Shown here: piece by piece, positions 17,381-25,256 of the stretch
How positions within the stretch are numbered: position 1 is the stretch's first letter
How the letters are laid out: each line of letters begins with the position of its first letter
Assembly: GCA_001766815.1 (NCBI GenBank)
Contig: LYOS01000003.1
Location: forward strand, 145,254-177,253
Reading direction: 5' to 3'
DNA from: Candidatus Syntropharchaeum caldarium
Lineage (GTDB): Archaea; Halobacteriota; Syntropharchaeia; Syntropharchaeales; Syntropharchaeaceae
Length of the DNA: 32,000 nucleotides
The notes under the pieces: model-generated
Seen by the model: the letters and a program-made list of their open reading frames with translations, nothing else
Databases searched by the model: none
Told to the model about the DNA's origin: nothing
Translations under genes and position numbers: made by a program

Positions 17381-17596
17381 TTACCTCTCCTTTCCAGCCA
17401 ACCTCTCTTTGATCCAGTCCCATCCATTCCTGAAGAAACTCCTGTAGTTATCCTTCAACCACTCATAAAAATCATCTTCAACATACTTACAGAACAGGTC
17501 TGCCAGTTCATCAAAAGAAATGCCTTCTGGCAGTTCGATCTCATCATATTCCATCTCTTCTTTCAGAAACTCCTTTACCAGTTCCCTGTCTATCAT
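17381..17596 (-). CDS. Small, very acidic hypothetical protein; third gene of the restriction-modification operon
   Basis: MIDRELVKEFLKEEMEYDEIELPEGISFDELADLFCKYVEDDFYEWLKDNYRSFFRNGWDWIKERLAGKER. ATG 17596 is preceded by GAGGT, 5 nt upstream. It begins 13 nt after the endonuclease stop. No HTH was recognised. Confidence 0.5.
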   Translation of the reverse strand: MIDRELVKEFLKEEMEYDEIELPEGISFDELADLFCKYVEDDFYEWLKDNYRSFFRNGWDWIKERLAGKER

Positions 17597-17609
17597 TTTT
17601 AACCTCAAT

Positions 17610-18338
17610 CTAAGATGATTCCAGTTTCCATCTCAATATATCGAAGATTAGATCATCAAACGGTCTTACCTTCTGGCAATATGCTGTGTGATGCTCATAG
17701 TTAGGATCGTCAAAGTAAGTCGTGGATTTCATTCTAACGAGTTCTAAATCATCGAGCTGATCAAAGAAACCCTTAAAACGCTCTATGTCTGCTTTTAGCT
17801 CTGGATCGTCTGTGCTCGCATAGTTCTTGATGATGTATATCCCATCTGTAAAACTCTCCAGCAATCTTCTCGCAGATGTGGATTCATCGCATGATTTTCC
17901 AAGTTCGCTCCTTTTCTTTCTGTATTGATCGGCGTCCTGTGTTAAACAGACGTATTTTATATTTGTGCTGATTCTGACGGTCAAACCCCAGAATGTAACC
18001 ATAACCTCTCTTGAATGGAATGAGACCTTACAGTTGATGACCCCCAAGATCTTCCAGTCTCCATCTAAGTGGTATAAAATGAGAATGTCGGTATCTGGAT
18101 ACTCATCTATCTGTTTCTGCCTGCAGCTATTCTTTACAGGTAGCTTGTTATATTCGATCAGGCAATCTGCAAGTACCTCGCTCTTTAGAAATTTGACCAA
18201 AGGGTTTCTTTCACCTTTGACCGCATAAATATCGTGTGAATTTAAAAACTGGTTCAAGATGTGAATTGCGATATCTTCAAGCCGCCTCCCGATCCTGGTT
18301 CTTTGACTTTGAGCGGTTTTATCATCCAAAATCGCCAT
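17610..18338 (-). CDS. Putative type II restriction endonuclease (PD-(D/E)xK-like)
   Basis: It lies 24 nt downstream of the methyltransferase gene. The candidate catalytic segment is YPDTDILILY...GVINCKVSFHSRE, that is PD ... xCK. The family was not recognised with confidence. GC is low in spot counts. Confidence 0.55.
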   Translation of the reverse strand: MAILDDKTAQSQRTRIGRRLEDIAIHILNQFLNSHDIYAVKGERNPLVKFLKSEVLADCLIEYNKLPVKNSCRQKQIDEYPDTDILILYHLDGDWKILGVINCKVSFHSREVMVTFWGLTVRISTNIKYVCLTQDADQYRKKRSELGKSCDESTSARRLLESFTDGIYIIKNYASTDDPELKADIERFKGFFDQLDDLELVRMKSTTYFDDPNYEHHTAYCQKVRPFDDLIFDILRWKLESS

Positions 18339-18362
18339 GATTTTACCTCGTACTTTTCGCCA

Positions 18363-19169
18363 TCATACGATCTCTTCAGCCACTATGTCGAGCTTAAGTT
18401 GATTTATGCCCGCCTCTGATATCAACCTGTTCTTTGCAATCTCACAGTATTCTCTATCGATCTCAACCCCTATTCCCTTCCTGCCAGTCAGGGCACAGGC
18501 GACCAGGGTTGTACCACTACCCATAAAAGGATCGAGCACCGTATCACCCACAAATGTGAATAACTTTATACATCTTCTTGGAAGCTCAAGGGGAAACGGT
18601 GCAGGATGCCCGATTCGTTTTTTACTCTCACCTGAGAAGTTCCATACCCCATTTGTCCACTCCATAAACTCATCCTTCACAATATCGGACTTTCCACTTC
18701 CGCTCGTCTTCTTCCAGCTATTCTTATACAGGACTGCGATCATCTCAACAGGGGCTATAACATAAGGAGCCGATGCAGAGAGCCATGAGCCCCATGCAGT
18801 TCTTCTCGATATATTCTGCTCATTCCAGATGATCGTTGAGTGATAGTTCCAGCCGATCTGCTTTGCGATGGTGACAATATCAGCATAGACACTTTGCTGT
18901 CCTCCTTTGTTCTTATCAAGCGGTATGTTCAGGCAGAACCTCCCATCATCTTTAACAAGATTGTATGCTCGCTCAAGCCATTTTTCTGTAAATTCAAGAT
19001 AAAGATCGTACGGAATCTCATCATCAAAAGAGCCGTAGCCGATATCGACGTTGTAAGGGGGAGAAGTTACGATTAAGTCTATTGTGCTATCTTCAATAGA
19101 TCGGTTGGCTAAGAAATCATCGTTGTATATCGTTATATCTCTGATCTGAAAGTAAGGGTCTCTGCTCAT
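18363..19169 (-). CDS. DNA methyltransferase, beta-class N4-cytosine/N6-adenine family (motif IV SPPY suggests N4-C)
   Basis: Motif IV DLIVTSPPYN is N-terminal. Motif I VLDPFMGSGTTLVACALTGRKGIGVEIDREY is C-terminal. HPAPFPLELP precedes motif I. This circular permutation is typical of the N4/N6 beta group. Confidence 0.85.
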   Translation of the reverse strand: MSRDPYFQIRDITIYNDDFLANRSIEDSTIDLIVTSPPYNVDIGYGSFDDEIPYDLYLEFTEKWLERAYNLVKDDGRFCLNIPLDKNKGGQQSVYADIVTIAKQIGWNYHSTIIWNEQNISRRTAWGSWLSASAPYVIAPVEMIAVLYKNSWKKTSGSGKSDIVKDEFMEWTNGVWNFSGESKKRIGHPAPFPLELPRRCIKLFTFVGDTVLDPFMGSGTTLVACALTGRKGIGVEIDREYCEIAKNRLISEAGINQLKLDIVAEEIV

Positions 19170-19198
19170 CTCCTACCCCTCAACCTGCAAGCTATATA

Positions 19199-20491
19199 TC
19201 ACTTTTCACGGTCTTCCTCAAAAAGCTCCACACAGGCTTTTGCCGCTCTAACAGAACCTTCAATGCTTCGTTCTGGATAGTTCGCACCTGAGAACATACC
19301 TGCGATATAGAGGTCGTCTATTGCTGTTCTGTATGGTTTGATCAGTCTCTTAAATCCAACACGGTATATTGGTCCTGCATCAGGCGTTCTTGTGATGCGC
19401 CACCAGTTGATATCATCTGCTGTAAAATCTGGAAAGAGCTTCTTGATACCATCGATGAACTGAGCCGTAACCGCCTCCTCGCTCAGCTTCCAGCGCGGGT
19501 CGTCCTCACGTTGAAAGTAGGATGCAACATAGAGCAGACTCTCACCACCATACCATGAACGGGGTGCAAAGTTTGTGTGCTCAATCAACGCCCCAAAGGG
19601 AAGGTCGCCGGCGATGTTGAGCCAGTATATTCCATCAAGAAGTGGTCGCTTCAGTCCAAAGAGCGCACAGCATGCACCCTGATATGGCAGATCCCCCACA
19701 TCGAGATCGCTTATCGCATCAAGCACGCGGGGAGAGACTGTTGAGATTACCTTATCAAACTGATAACTTTTTTTTCTGGATTTAAGCCCTGAAATTCTCC
19801 CTTTTTCTGTCAGAATTTTTGTAACAGGTTCATCTGTCTGTATTTTCCCACCCTGCTTCAGGATCTCTTCTTTGAGCCGATCTATGAGGTACTGAAAACC
19901 ACCTTCCATGTACCCAAGATGTTCACCACCTGCAGATCTATCTGATCTGATCCTGATTCTGCCAAAGAGCCATGCAGCAGAGATGTTTTTTCGCTCATCT
20001 TCAAATTTACTCCGCAGGAGTGGTTCAAAAAAATTTTTATAGACTCGTCTACCCCCGATTCGCTCAATCACGTCCCGTGCTCTCACCTGATCGAGCTTAT
20101 CAAACGATCCGAACTTTGTTCGAAGAACAAGTGCAGCAAGCCTCACCTTATCAGAGAGTGTCAGGTGTGGGAACTTCAAAATCTCCTTCGGTGTTGTGAG
20201 CGGATACAGTTTGCCACCCACATAATATCCGGTACTCCCCTTCAGCCACAGGAGCCGCTCTGAGAGTCCAAGTTCCTCGATCAAACCGATCAATTCACGA
20301 TCACTCCTGAAGATGTGATGGTAGAAACACTCAATATTGTAGCTCACACCCCCTTTGCTAATATGGTAACTTCCAAGCAGGCCTCCCACATCCTCTTCAG
20401 ATTCAAATATTACGACATCATGGCCTTTCTTCGAGAGATAGTAACCTGCAACAATTCCTGTCACTCCGCCACCGATGATGCCTACCCTCAT
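19199..20491 (-). CDS. FAD-dependent oxidoreductase (amine oxidase / phytoene desaturase / protoporphyrinogen oxidase-like)
   Basis: The N-terminal dinucleotide-binding motif is MRVGIIGGGVTGIVAGYYLSKKGHDVVIFESEEDVGG. 430 aa. The specific substrate cannot be assigned. Confidence 0.7.
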   Translation of the reverse strand: MRVGIIGGGVTGIVAGYYLSKKGHDVVIFESEEDVGGLLGSYHISKGGVSYNIECFYHHIFRSDRELIGLIEELGLSERLLWLKGSTGYYVGGKLYPLTTPKEILKFPHLTLSDKVRLAALVLRTKFGSFDKLDQVRARDVIERIGGRRVYKNFFEPLLRSKFEDERKNISAAWLFGRIRIRSDRSAGGEHLGYMEGGFQYLIDRLKEEILKQGGKIQTDEPVTKILTEKGRISGLKSRKKSYQFDKVISTVSPRVLDAISDLDVGDLPYQGACCALFGLKRPLLDGIYWLNIAGDLPFGALIEHTNFAPRSWYGGESLLYVASYFQREDDPRWKLSEEAVTAQFIDGIKKLFPDFTADDINWWRITRTPDAGPIYRVGFKRLIKPYRTAIDDLYIAGMFSGANYPERSIEGSVRAAKACVELFEEDREK

Positions 20492-20500
20492 TAAACCACA

Positions 20501-21283
20501 TCACGTACCGATCTCAATGGGTTCAGTGATTCGTTTTATCGCTGAAATTGCCGAAAGAGCCGCTAAAAAACTGGTTTTTGGGTTCGAAGGAGATGGCAGA
20601 TTCTCAAAACGCATCTTCATCCTTCCAAACGCTCCTTCAATCTCAACTTCGTGGATATTACGATCTATCATGGGATCCTGTATCACCACGACCTCGGTCA
20701 GATCTGGACCAATACCAGCGAGACTCAGTGTGAGTGAGACGTTTATATTTGCAGGAAAGCGTTTGACAGCCTCGCGTGCAGAGCCTTCAAACAAAACCCG
20801 CTCCTTTAGCGCCTCGTCTCCCTCAACCCCAAGCGTCTGTGGCGGTTTCCTTGTTGTGATCCTGACCTTTTCAATTTTTGATTCTGCGGCTGCCCTGAGA
20901 CCATCAATTCCTGCAATTGCACCAGACGGGATGTAAACCTTACAGTGCTTCTCTTCCGAGATTCTTTTTATCTCATCAAGAAGTTCATCATCGGCAAGTG
21001 CACCGACACTCATGATCATGGCATTCTTTCCAGCTTTAAGTGCAGGCAGAATAAATTCGCGGACCGCCCCCTGAGATGCAGCCTCGATGATCAGATCACA
21101 GGCCTTGATCATGCCTTCAAAATCAAATATCTCAGGTGGATCTTTGAGGAGACCTGATATGTATGCTGTTTTTTGAGGGTGCCGATCGTACAGAGCTCTG
21201 ATCTTCAGACGGTCAGCCTCAGCAAGACCTCTCACGATTGCTTCTGTGATTGCACCGCAGCCGATGATGCCAATATTTAACAT
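20501..21283 (-). CDS. nadX: L-aspartate dehydrogenase
   Basis: MLNIGIIGCGAI (Rossmann motif), ...IPSGAIAGIDGL..., ...NP.TS.LAALS... 260 aa. This matches the TM1643-type aspartate dehydrogenase pattern. Confidence 0.75.
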   Translation of the reverse strand: MLNIGIIGCGAITEAIVRGLAEADRLKIRALYDRHPQKTAYISGLLKDPPEIFDFEGMIKACDLIIEAASQGAVREFILPALKAGKNAMIMSVGALADDELLDEIKRISEEKHCKVYIPSGAIAGIDGLRAAAESKIEKVRITTRKPPQTLGVEGDEALKERVLFEGSAREAVKRFPANINVSLTLSLAGIGPDLTEVVVIQDPMIDRNIHEVEIEGAFGRMKMRFENLPSPSNPKTSFLAALSAISAIKRITEPIEIGT

Positions 21284-21373
21284 GATCTAAAACTGTGATA
21301 GAAGAGCGACTACTTAAAATTACCGAAACACCTCAAGGAGATTCTGAAAGCACAAAGATTAAAAAATGATAAG

Positions 21374-21410
21374 TAATATATAGAGCTATTCTAAATACAG
21401 TTGGACGGAG
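21374..21410 (+). promoter_or_regulatory. Candidate TATA box and SD site upstream of the mcrB-like gene
   Basis: TAATATATA at 21374-21382 lies about 37 nt upstream of ATG 21419. GGACGGAG at 21403-21410 is a candidate ribosome-binding site. Confidence 0.45.
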
Positions 21411-21418
21411 TTGAGTTT

Positions 21419-22777
21419 ATGAAAGAGAGAAATGACGTCATAGATCTCTACGATGAGAAGGGAGATATGCTTGCAGAAGCCATCCCTCTGCAGGCAATAA
21501 GTCCACTTCGTAATCAGGCCATCAGAGAGATGATCAAGACTATCAAAAGGTCTGCGATTATTAATCTCAAGAAGGCAGAGCAAGCATTGAAGACCGGTGC
21601 ACTCGGTAGTGAGATGGGTGTAGGCGAGGAGTGTCAGATACCAGGATGTGAGATGGATCTTGATATCGTGGCGAACGCCGGCGCGATTGCAGAGATGATC
21701 AAAAAGTGGATACAGGTCGACGAAGATGATGATACTGTTGTCGAGATTGTTGATGGTGGCGAGATGCTATTCATCCTTGCCCCAACAAAAAGAGTTGATG
21801 TTGGGAGTGACCTCGCAAACCCGCGTGTGAACGTTGGGATTGCGGCTGCACATGCAATAATCGAGTATTTCAACCTCTCACCGTTCAGTGGTAGTGAGGT
21901 TATCAAAGCTGCCATATTCGGCAGGTATCCGCAGTCAATAACCACAAAGGGTGCCTTATCAGGATTAATTCCTGCCTGGCCTCCAACCGTTGATGGTGTT
22001 GGTTTGAACTTCAGGACAAATATGGTGAATGATATCGTGGCAATGACAAACAAGAATACGATGAACGGCGTTGCACTCTCATCGATCCTTGAGCACGTAG
22101 CCATGTTTGATTCAGGGGATGCAATCCACCCTGCCTATGAGCGATACCACCTGCTCGGTCTTGCCTACCAGGGCCTGAATGCAAACAACGTGGTTTATGA
22201 TATCGTGAAGGCAAATGGCGCTGATGGAACGATTGGATCTGTAATAATGGATACAATCAAACGTGCAGAGGATGATGGAGTTATATCAGTAAAAGAAACG
22301 CTCCCCTCAGGATTCAAGATCTACAAAACAGATGATGCGTCTCTCTGGAACTCTTACGTTGCAGCAGGACAGCTTGCAGCAGTTATTGTTAACTGTGGAG
22401 CGATGAGGGCGGCACAGGGTGTCCCTGCCACGATAAATGAGTTCAATGATATATTGAAGCTCGCAACAGGGCTTCCCGATGTTGACTATGGGCGTGGACT
22501 TGGAACAACGATCGGTACTGCATTCTATTCACACAATATATATGGTGGAGCGGGCCCTGGAGCATTCTCACCTGCAAACCCGCTACTTCGACATTGCAGA
22601 GGCTTTATCAGTCCGTGCTTCGTGGCTGCGATGTGTCTTGATGCAGGCACCCAGATGTTCAATCCAGAGCTGACATCAGGCGCTTTCCTGAAAATCAGAA
22701 CCGTTCTGCCTGAAGTGATGAGAAATCCAATCAAATCGGTTGCAGAGTCGGCACTTGAACTTAAAGGAGCTTTGTGA
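21419..22777 (+). CDS. mcrB: Methyl/alkyl-coenzyme M reductase beta subunit homologue (divergent)
   Basis: The N-terminus MKERNDVIDLYDEKGDMLAEAIPLQAISPLRNQAIREMIKTIKRSAIINL parallels the canonical McrB start M..F.DK.DLYDDRG....VPLEA.SPL.N.AI..I....KR...VNL. The start is reset from TTG 21401 to ATG 21419. Confidence 0.85.
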   Translation: MKERNDVIDLYDEKGDMLAEAIPLQAISPLRNQAIREMIKTIKRSAIINLKKAEQALKTGALGSEMGVGEECQIPGCEMDLDIVANAGAIAEMIKKWIQVDEDDDTVVEIVDGGEMLFILAPTKRVDVGSDLANPRVNVGIAAAHAIIEYFNLSPFSGSEVIKAAIFGRYPQSITTKGALSGLIPAWPPTVDGVGLNFRTNMVNDIVAMTNKNTMNGVALSSILEHVAMFDSGDAIHPAYERYHLLGLAYQGLNANNVVYDIVKANGADGTIGSVIMDTIKRAEDDGVISVKETLPSGFKIYKTDDASLWNSYVAAGQLAAVIVNCGAMRAAQGVPATINEFNDILKLATGLPDVDYGRGLGTTIGTAFYSHNIYGGAGPGAFSPANPLLRHCRGFISPCFVAAMCLDAGTQMFNPELTSGAFLKIRTVLPEVMRNPIKSVAESALELKGAL

Positions 22778-22790
22778 GGAGGTTATAACG

Positions 22791-23564
22791 ATGAGAGAAT
22801 TTCAGATTCCGTATCCGGGTGATGACCCGGTTGCAAACAACCGAAAAAAGTGGATGAACTCTGAATTCACCCCAAGAAAGCTTAGAGAGATCAGTGATGA
22901 TGATATTGTAAGTCTTTTGGGGCACAGAAAACCAGGGACAGCATACTCATCTGTACATCCACCGCTTGATGAGATGAAAGAGGCGGCAGATCCAATAAAA
23001 GAGCTTGTTGTGCCGACGGATGGGGCAAAGGCAGGAGATCGAATCAGATACATCCAGTTTGCAGATTCAATGCACTTCGCACCTCTCCCCCCATGGATGC
23101 GGTTCAGGATGTATGGTGCGCGCCTGCGAGGGTTTGACTCGCTTGCATATTCAGGAAGGACACTCCTTGAGATGCGAGAGCGAGATCTTGATGAAACGGC
23201 CAAGTTTCTTGTTGAGACCGAAATCTTCGATGCTTCAAGGGTTGCAATGCGTTCTGTGACTGTGCATGGCTTCTCACTGAGACTGGATGAGGATGGGTTG
23301 ATGTTTGATGCCCGAAGGCGATACGTCTTCAACAAAGAGACAGGGGAAGTTGAGTATGTGAAGACACAGCGAGCAACGCCGCTCGACCGGCGAATTTCGG
23401 TTGGTAAACCGCTACCTGAAGATGAGCTTAAAACCCTCACGACGCGATACCATACCGCCCTGACATCCCCACGTGATGCGGATGAGCTGATAAAAGTTGT
23501 GAAGCGAGTGGGAGAACTGAGAGTTCTTGGGGGCTTAAGGCCAGATCTTGTAGATGGGAGGTGA
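22791..23564 (+). CDS. mcrG: Methyl/alkyl-coenzyme M reductase gamma subunit homologue
   Basis: Motifs seen are PGDDPVANNRKK, LREISDDDIVSLLGHRKPG, SVHPPLDEM, DGAKAGDRIRYIQFADSM, EMRERDLD, VHGFSLRLDEDGLMFD. Each matches a canonical McrG block. ATG 22791 is preceded by GAGGAGG. Confidence 0.9.
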   Translation: MREFQIPYPGDDPVANNRKKWMNSEFTPRKLREISDDDIVSLLGHRKPGTAYSSVHPPLDEMKEAADPIKELVVPTDGAKAGDRIRYIQFADSMHFAPLPPWMRFRMYGARLRGFDSLAYSGRTLLEMRERDLDETAKFLVETEIFDASRVAMRSVTVHGFSLRLDEDGLMFDARRRYVFNKETGEVEYVKTQRATPLDRRISVGKPLPEDELKTLTTRYHTALTSPRDADELIKVVKRVGELRVLGGLRPDLVDGR

Positions 23565-23570
23565 TTTTGG

Positions 23571-25256
23571 ATGGCAGTAGATAAAAAAACACACATAAAA
23601 TTACTTGAAGAGACGTTTAAAGTTTCACCGACTGATATCGTTGATAAAAAACTCTATCAACATGGTGGAACACGCCAGTCCAAGCGGAAGACTGAATATA
23701 TTGAGTATGCAAACAGAATTGCAAAAGAGCGTGGAATTCCCGCATACGACCCTGATCACATCGCACTTGAACTTGAGGTTGGTGTACCACTGGGTCAGCG
23801 ATACCTCGAGCCTGTAAAGATCAGTGGTACGGATGTCATGTGTGAGTATGAGGATCTTCACATCATGAACAATGTGGCGATCGAACAGATGGTCGATGAT
23901 ATCTTCAGAACGGCAATAGTGTGCATCGATCTTCCACACAAGGTTCTTGTGGACAGGTATGGATTTGAGGTGACTCCTGAGTCAATAAATACATACCTTG
24001 AGACGATCAATCACACGATGGTTGGTGGTGCGGTCACACAGGAGCATATGTGCGAGATGCATCCTGGACCCTGTGCCGATGGTTATGTCAAGATATTTAC
24101 AGGAAACGATGAGGTGGCCAGTTCACTTGACTCGCGATTTGTGATCGATATAAACAAGGAGTTTACACCAGAGAAGGCAGCAAAACTGAAAGAGGGGGTT
24201 GGAGATAGTCTCTGGCAGGTTTCAAGAGTTCCAACACATGCACTGAGGACGATGGATGGTGCCATCATCCACAGATGGAACGCGATGGGGCAGACGATGG
24301 CGTTCATCGCATCATACCACCTCTGTGCAGGTGAGGCTGCAATCTCAGACTTCGCCTATGCTGCAAAACATGCACAGTACATCTGGATGGGAACACCACC
24401 ATTTGTCTCAAAAGCGAGAGGGCATAACTCTGTGGTTGGACTTCCTGTAGGTTATATATTTGATATCATACAGCATGAGTCGGCGATGCCAGATGATCCA
24501 ATCCCGGTCAGTGCTGAAGGACTTGCGATGGAGTCGATCCTCTACTTCGCGCTCTACTACGGACAGATGATGATCGGTACTGTAGGTGTTACCGTTGCTC
24601 CGGCCACGTTCTATGTGAATGAACTCTACGAGAGCAGGGGTGCTCATCTTGTGGACTGGATCAAAGACAAATATGGAGGAATAGCCCAGGCACCGATGAA
24701 CTGGGACACAATCCATGATTGTACAGATGAGGCAACGATGGCAGCGATCGAAGAATATGATACCTACCCGCTGCTTCCAGAGCATCACTGGGGACTGATC
24801 CAGGCTGTACAGATCTCGTTGATCAGCAGTGCATGCGCTGCCTGGGCAACAGGGAAACCGATGGCTGGAGCGCTTGCAGCCCACTACTGCATGTCTTTCG
24901 TGCAGAAGGAAGCGCTGATGCGTACTGGCTGGGGTGGACAGGAATCCACGCACCATCCGGCGATGCCTGCGATGACATCTGTGCTTCTGGATGAGGGTCT
25001 GCCAGTAGAACTTACCGGTATCAATGTTCCGTTCAGATCTCCGTTTGCCGACTCACAACACTATACATCACATAGTGTTGTTGCAGCACATGAGGCAAGA
25101 ATGGATGCATGGGCGTTGTCGCCGATTGTGAAGGTTGCGTTTGCAGACCCCCACCTCCCATTCAACTTCCGCAATGTACGGGAGTCCGTAGCGAAGGGTG
25201 CACTCAGGGAGTTTGAGCCTGCGGGTGAGAGGGACGTACTAAGACCTACTAAATGA
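23571..25256 (+). CDS. mcrA: Methyl/alkyl-coenzyme M reductase alpha subunit homologue with a rewritten substrate pocket (candidate alkyl-CoM reductase)
   Basis: Conserved blocks: RGIPAYDPD, VPLGQR, EDLHIMNN, EVTPE, YLETINH, VTQEHM, YVKIFTGNDE, FVIDINKEF, AGEAAISDFAYAAKHA, DEGLP.EL, KVAFAD, KGALREFEPAGER. Divergent where canonical McrA has GGVGFTQYATAAY, FYGYDLQDQCG and RGPNYPNYAMNVGHQ (details in findings). Confidence 0.9.
   Translation: MAVDKKTHIKLLEETFKVSPTDIVDKKLYQHGGTRQSKRKTEYIEYANRIAKERGIPAYDPDHIALELEVGVPLGQRYLEPVKISGTDVMCEYEDLHIMNNVAIEQMVDDIFRTAIVCIDLPHKVLVDRYGFEVTPESINTYLETINHTMVGGAVTQEHMCEMHPGPCADGYVKIFTGNDEVASSLDSRFVIDINKEFTPEKAAKLKEGVGDSLWQVSRVPTHALRTMDGAIIHRWNAMGQTMAFIASYHLCAGEAAISDFAYAAKHAQYIWMGTPPFVSKARGHNSVVGLPVGYIFDIIQHESAMPDDPIPVSAEGLAMESILYFALYYGQMMIGTVGVTVAPATFYVNELYESRGAHLVDWIKDKYGGIAQAPMNWDTIHDCTDEATMAAIEEYDTYPLLPEHHWGLIQAVQISLISSACAAWATGKPMAGALAAHYCMSFVQKEALMRTGWGGQESTHHPAMPAMTSVLLDEGLPVELTGINVPFRSPFADSQHYTSHSVVAAHEARMDAWALSPIVKVAFADPHLPFNFRNVRESVAKGALREFEPAGERDVLRPTK

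Noticed and set aside
17199-17423. 74-aa minus-strand ORF in the flaJ/R-M spacer
   Set aside because: It overlaps the 3' end of the small acidic gene and the duplicated flaJ fragment. It has no ribosome-binding site and no recognisable features, so it is most likely a chance ORF in decayed sequence.
22802-23596. 264-aa minus-strand ORF antisense to mcrG, and similar long antisense ORFs (7502-7981, 11660-12232, 14092-14943, 24408-24956, 26166-26756, 21634-22104, 20475-20936)
   Set aside because: Each is a mirror-frame shadow of a confidently identified gene on the opposite strand. They are Ser/Pro/Thr/Arg-rich, low-complexity translations without start signals or recognisable motifs.
23571-25256. 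Alpha subunit as an ordinary methanogenic or ANME-1 methyl-CoM reductase
   Set aside because: The B-G-A gene order fits ANME-1. But methane-specific MCRs, including ANME-1 as far as I recall, retain the FTQY and FYGYD pocket segments. Here they read VTVA and WGGQE, so a non-methane alkyl-CoM reductase is the better hypothesis.
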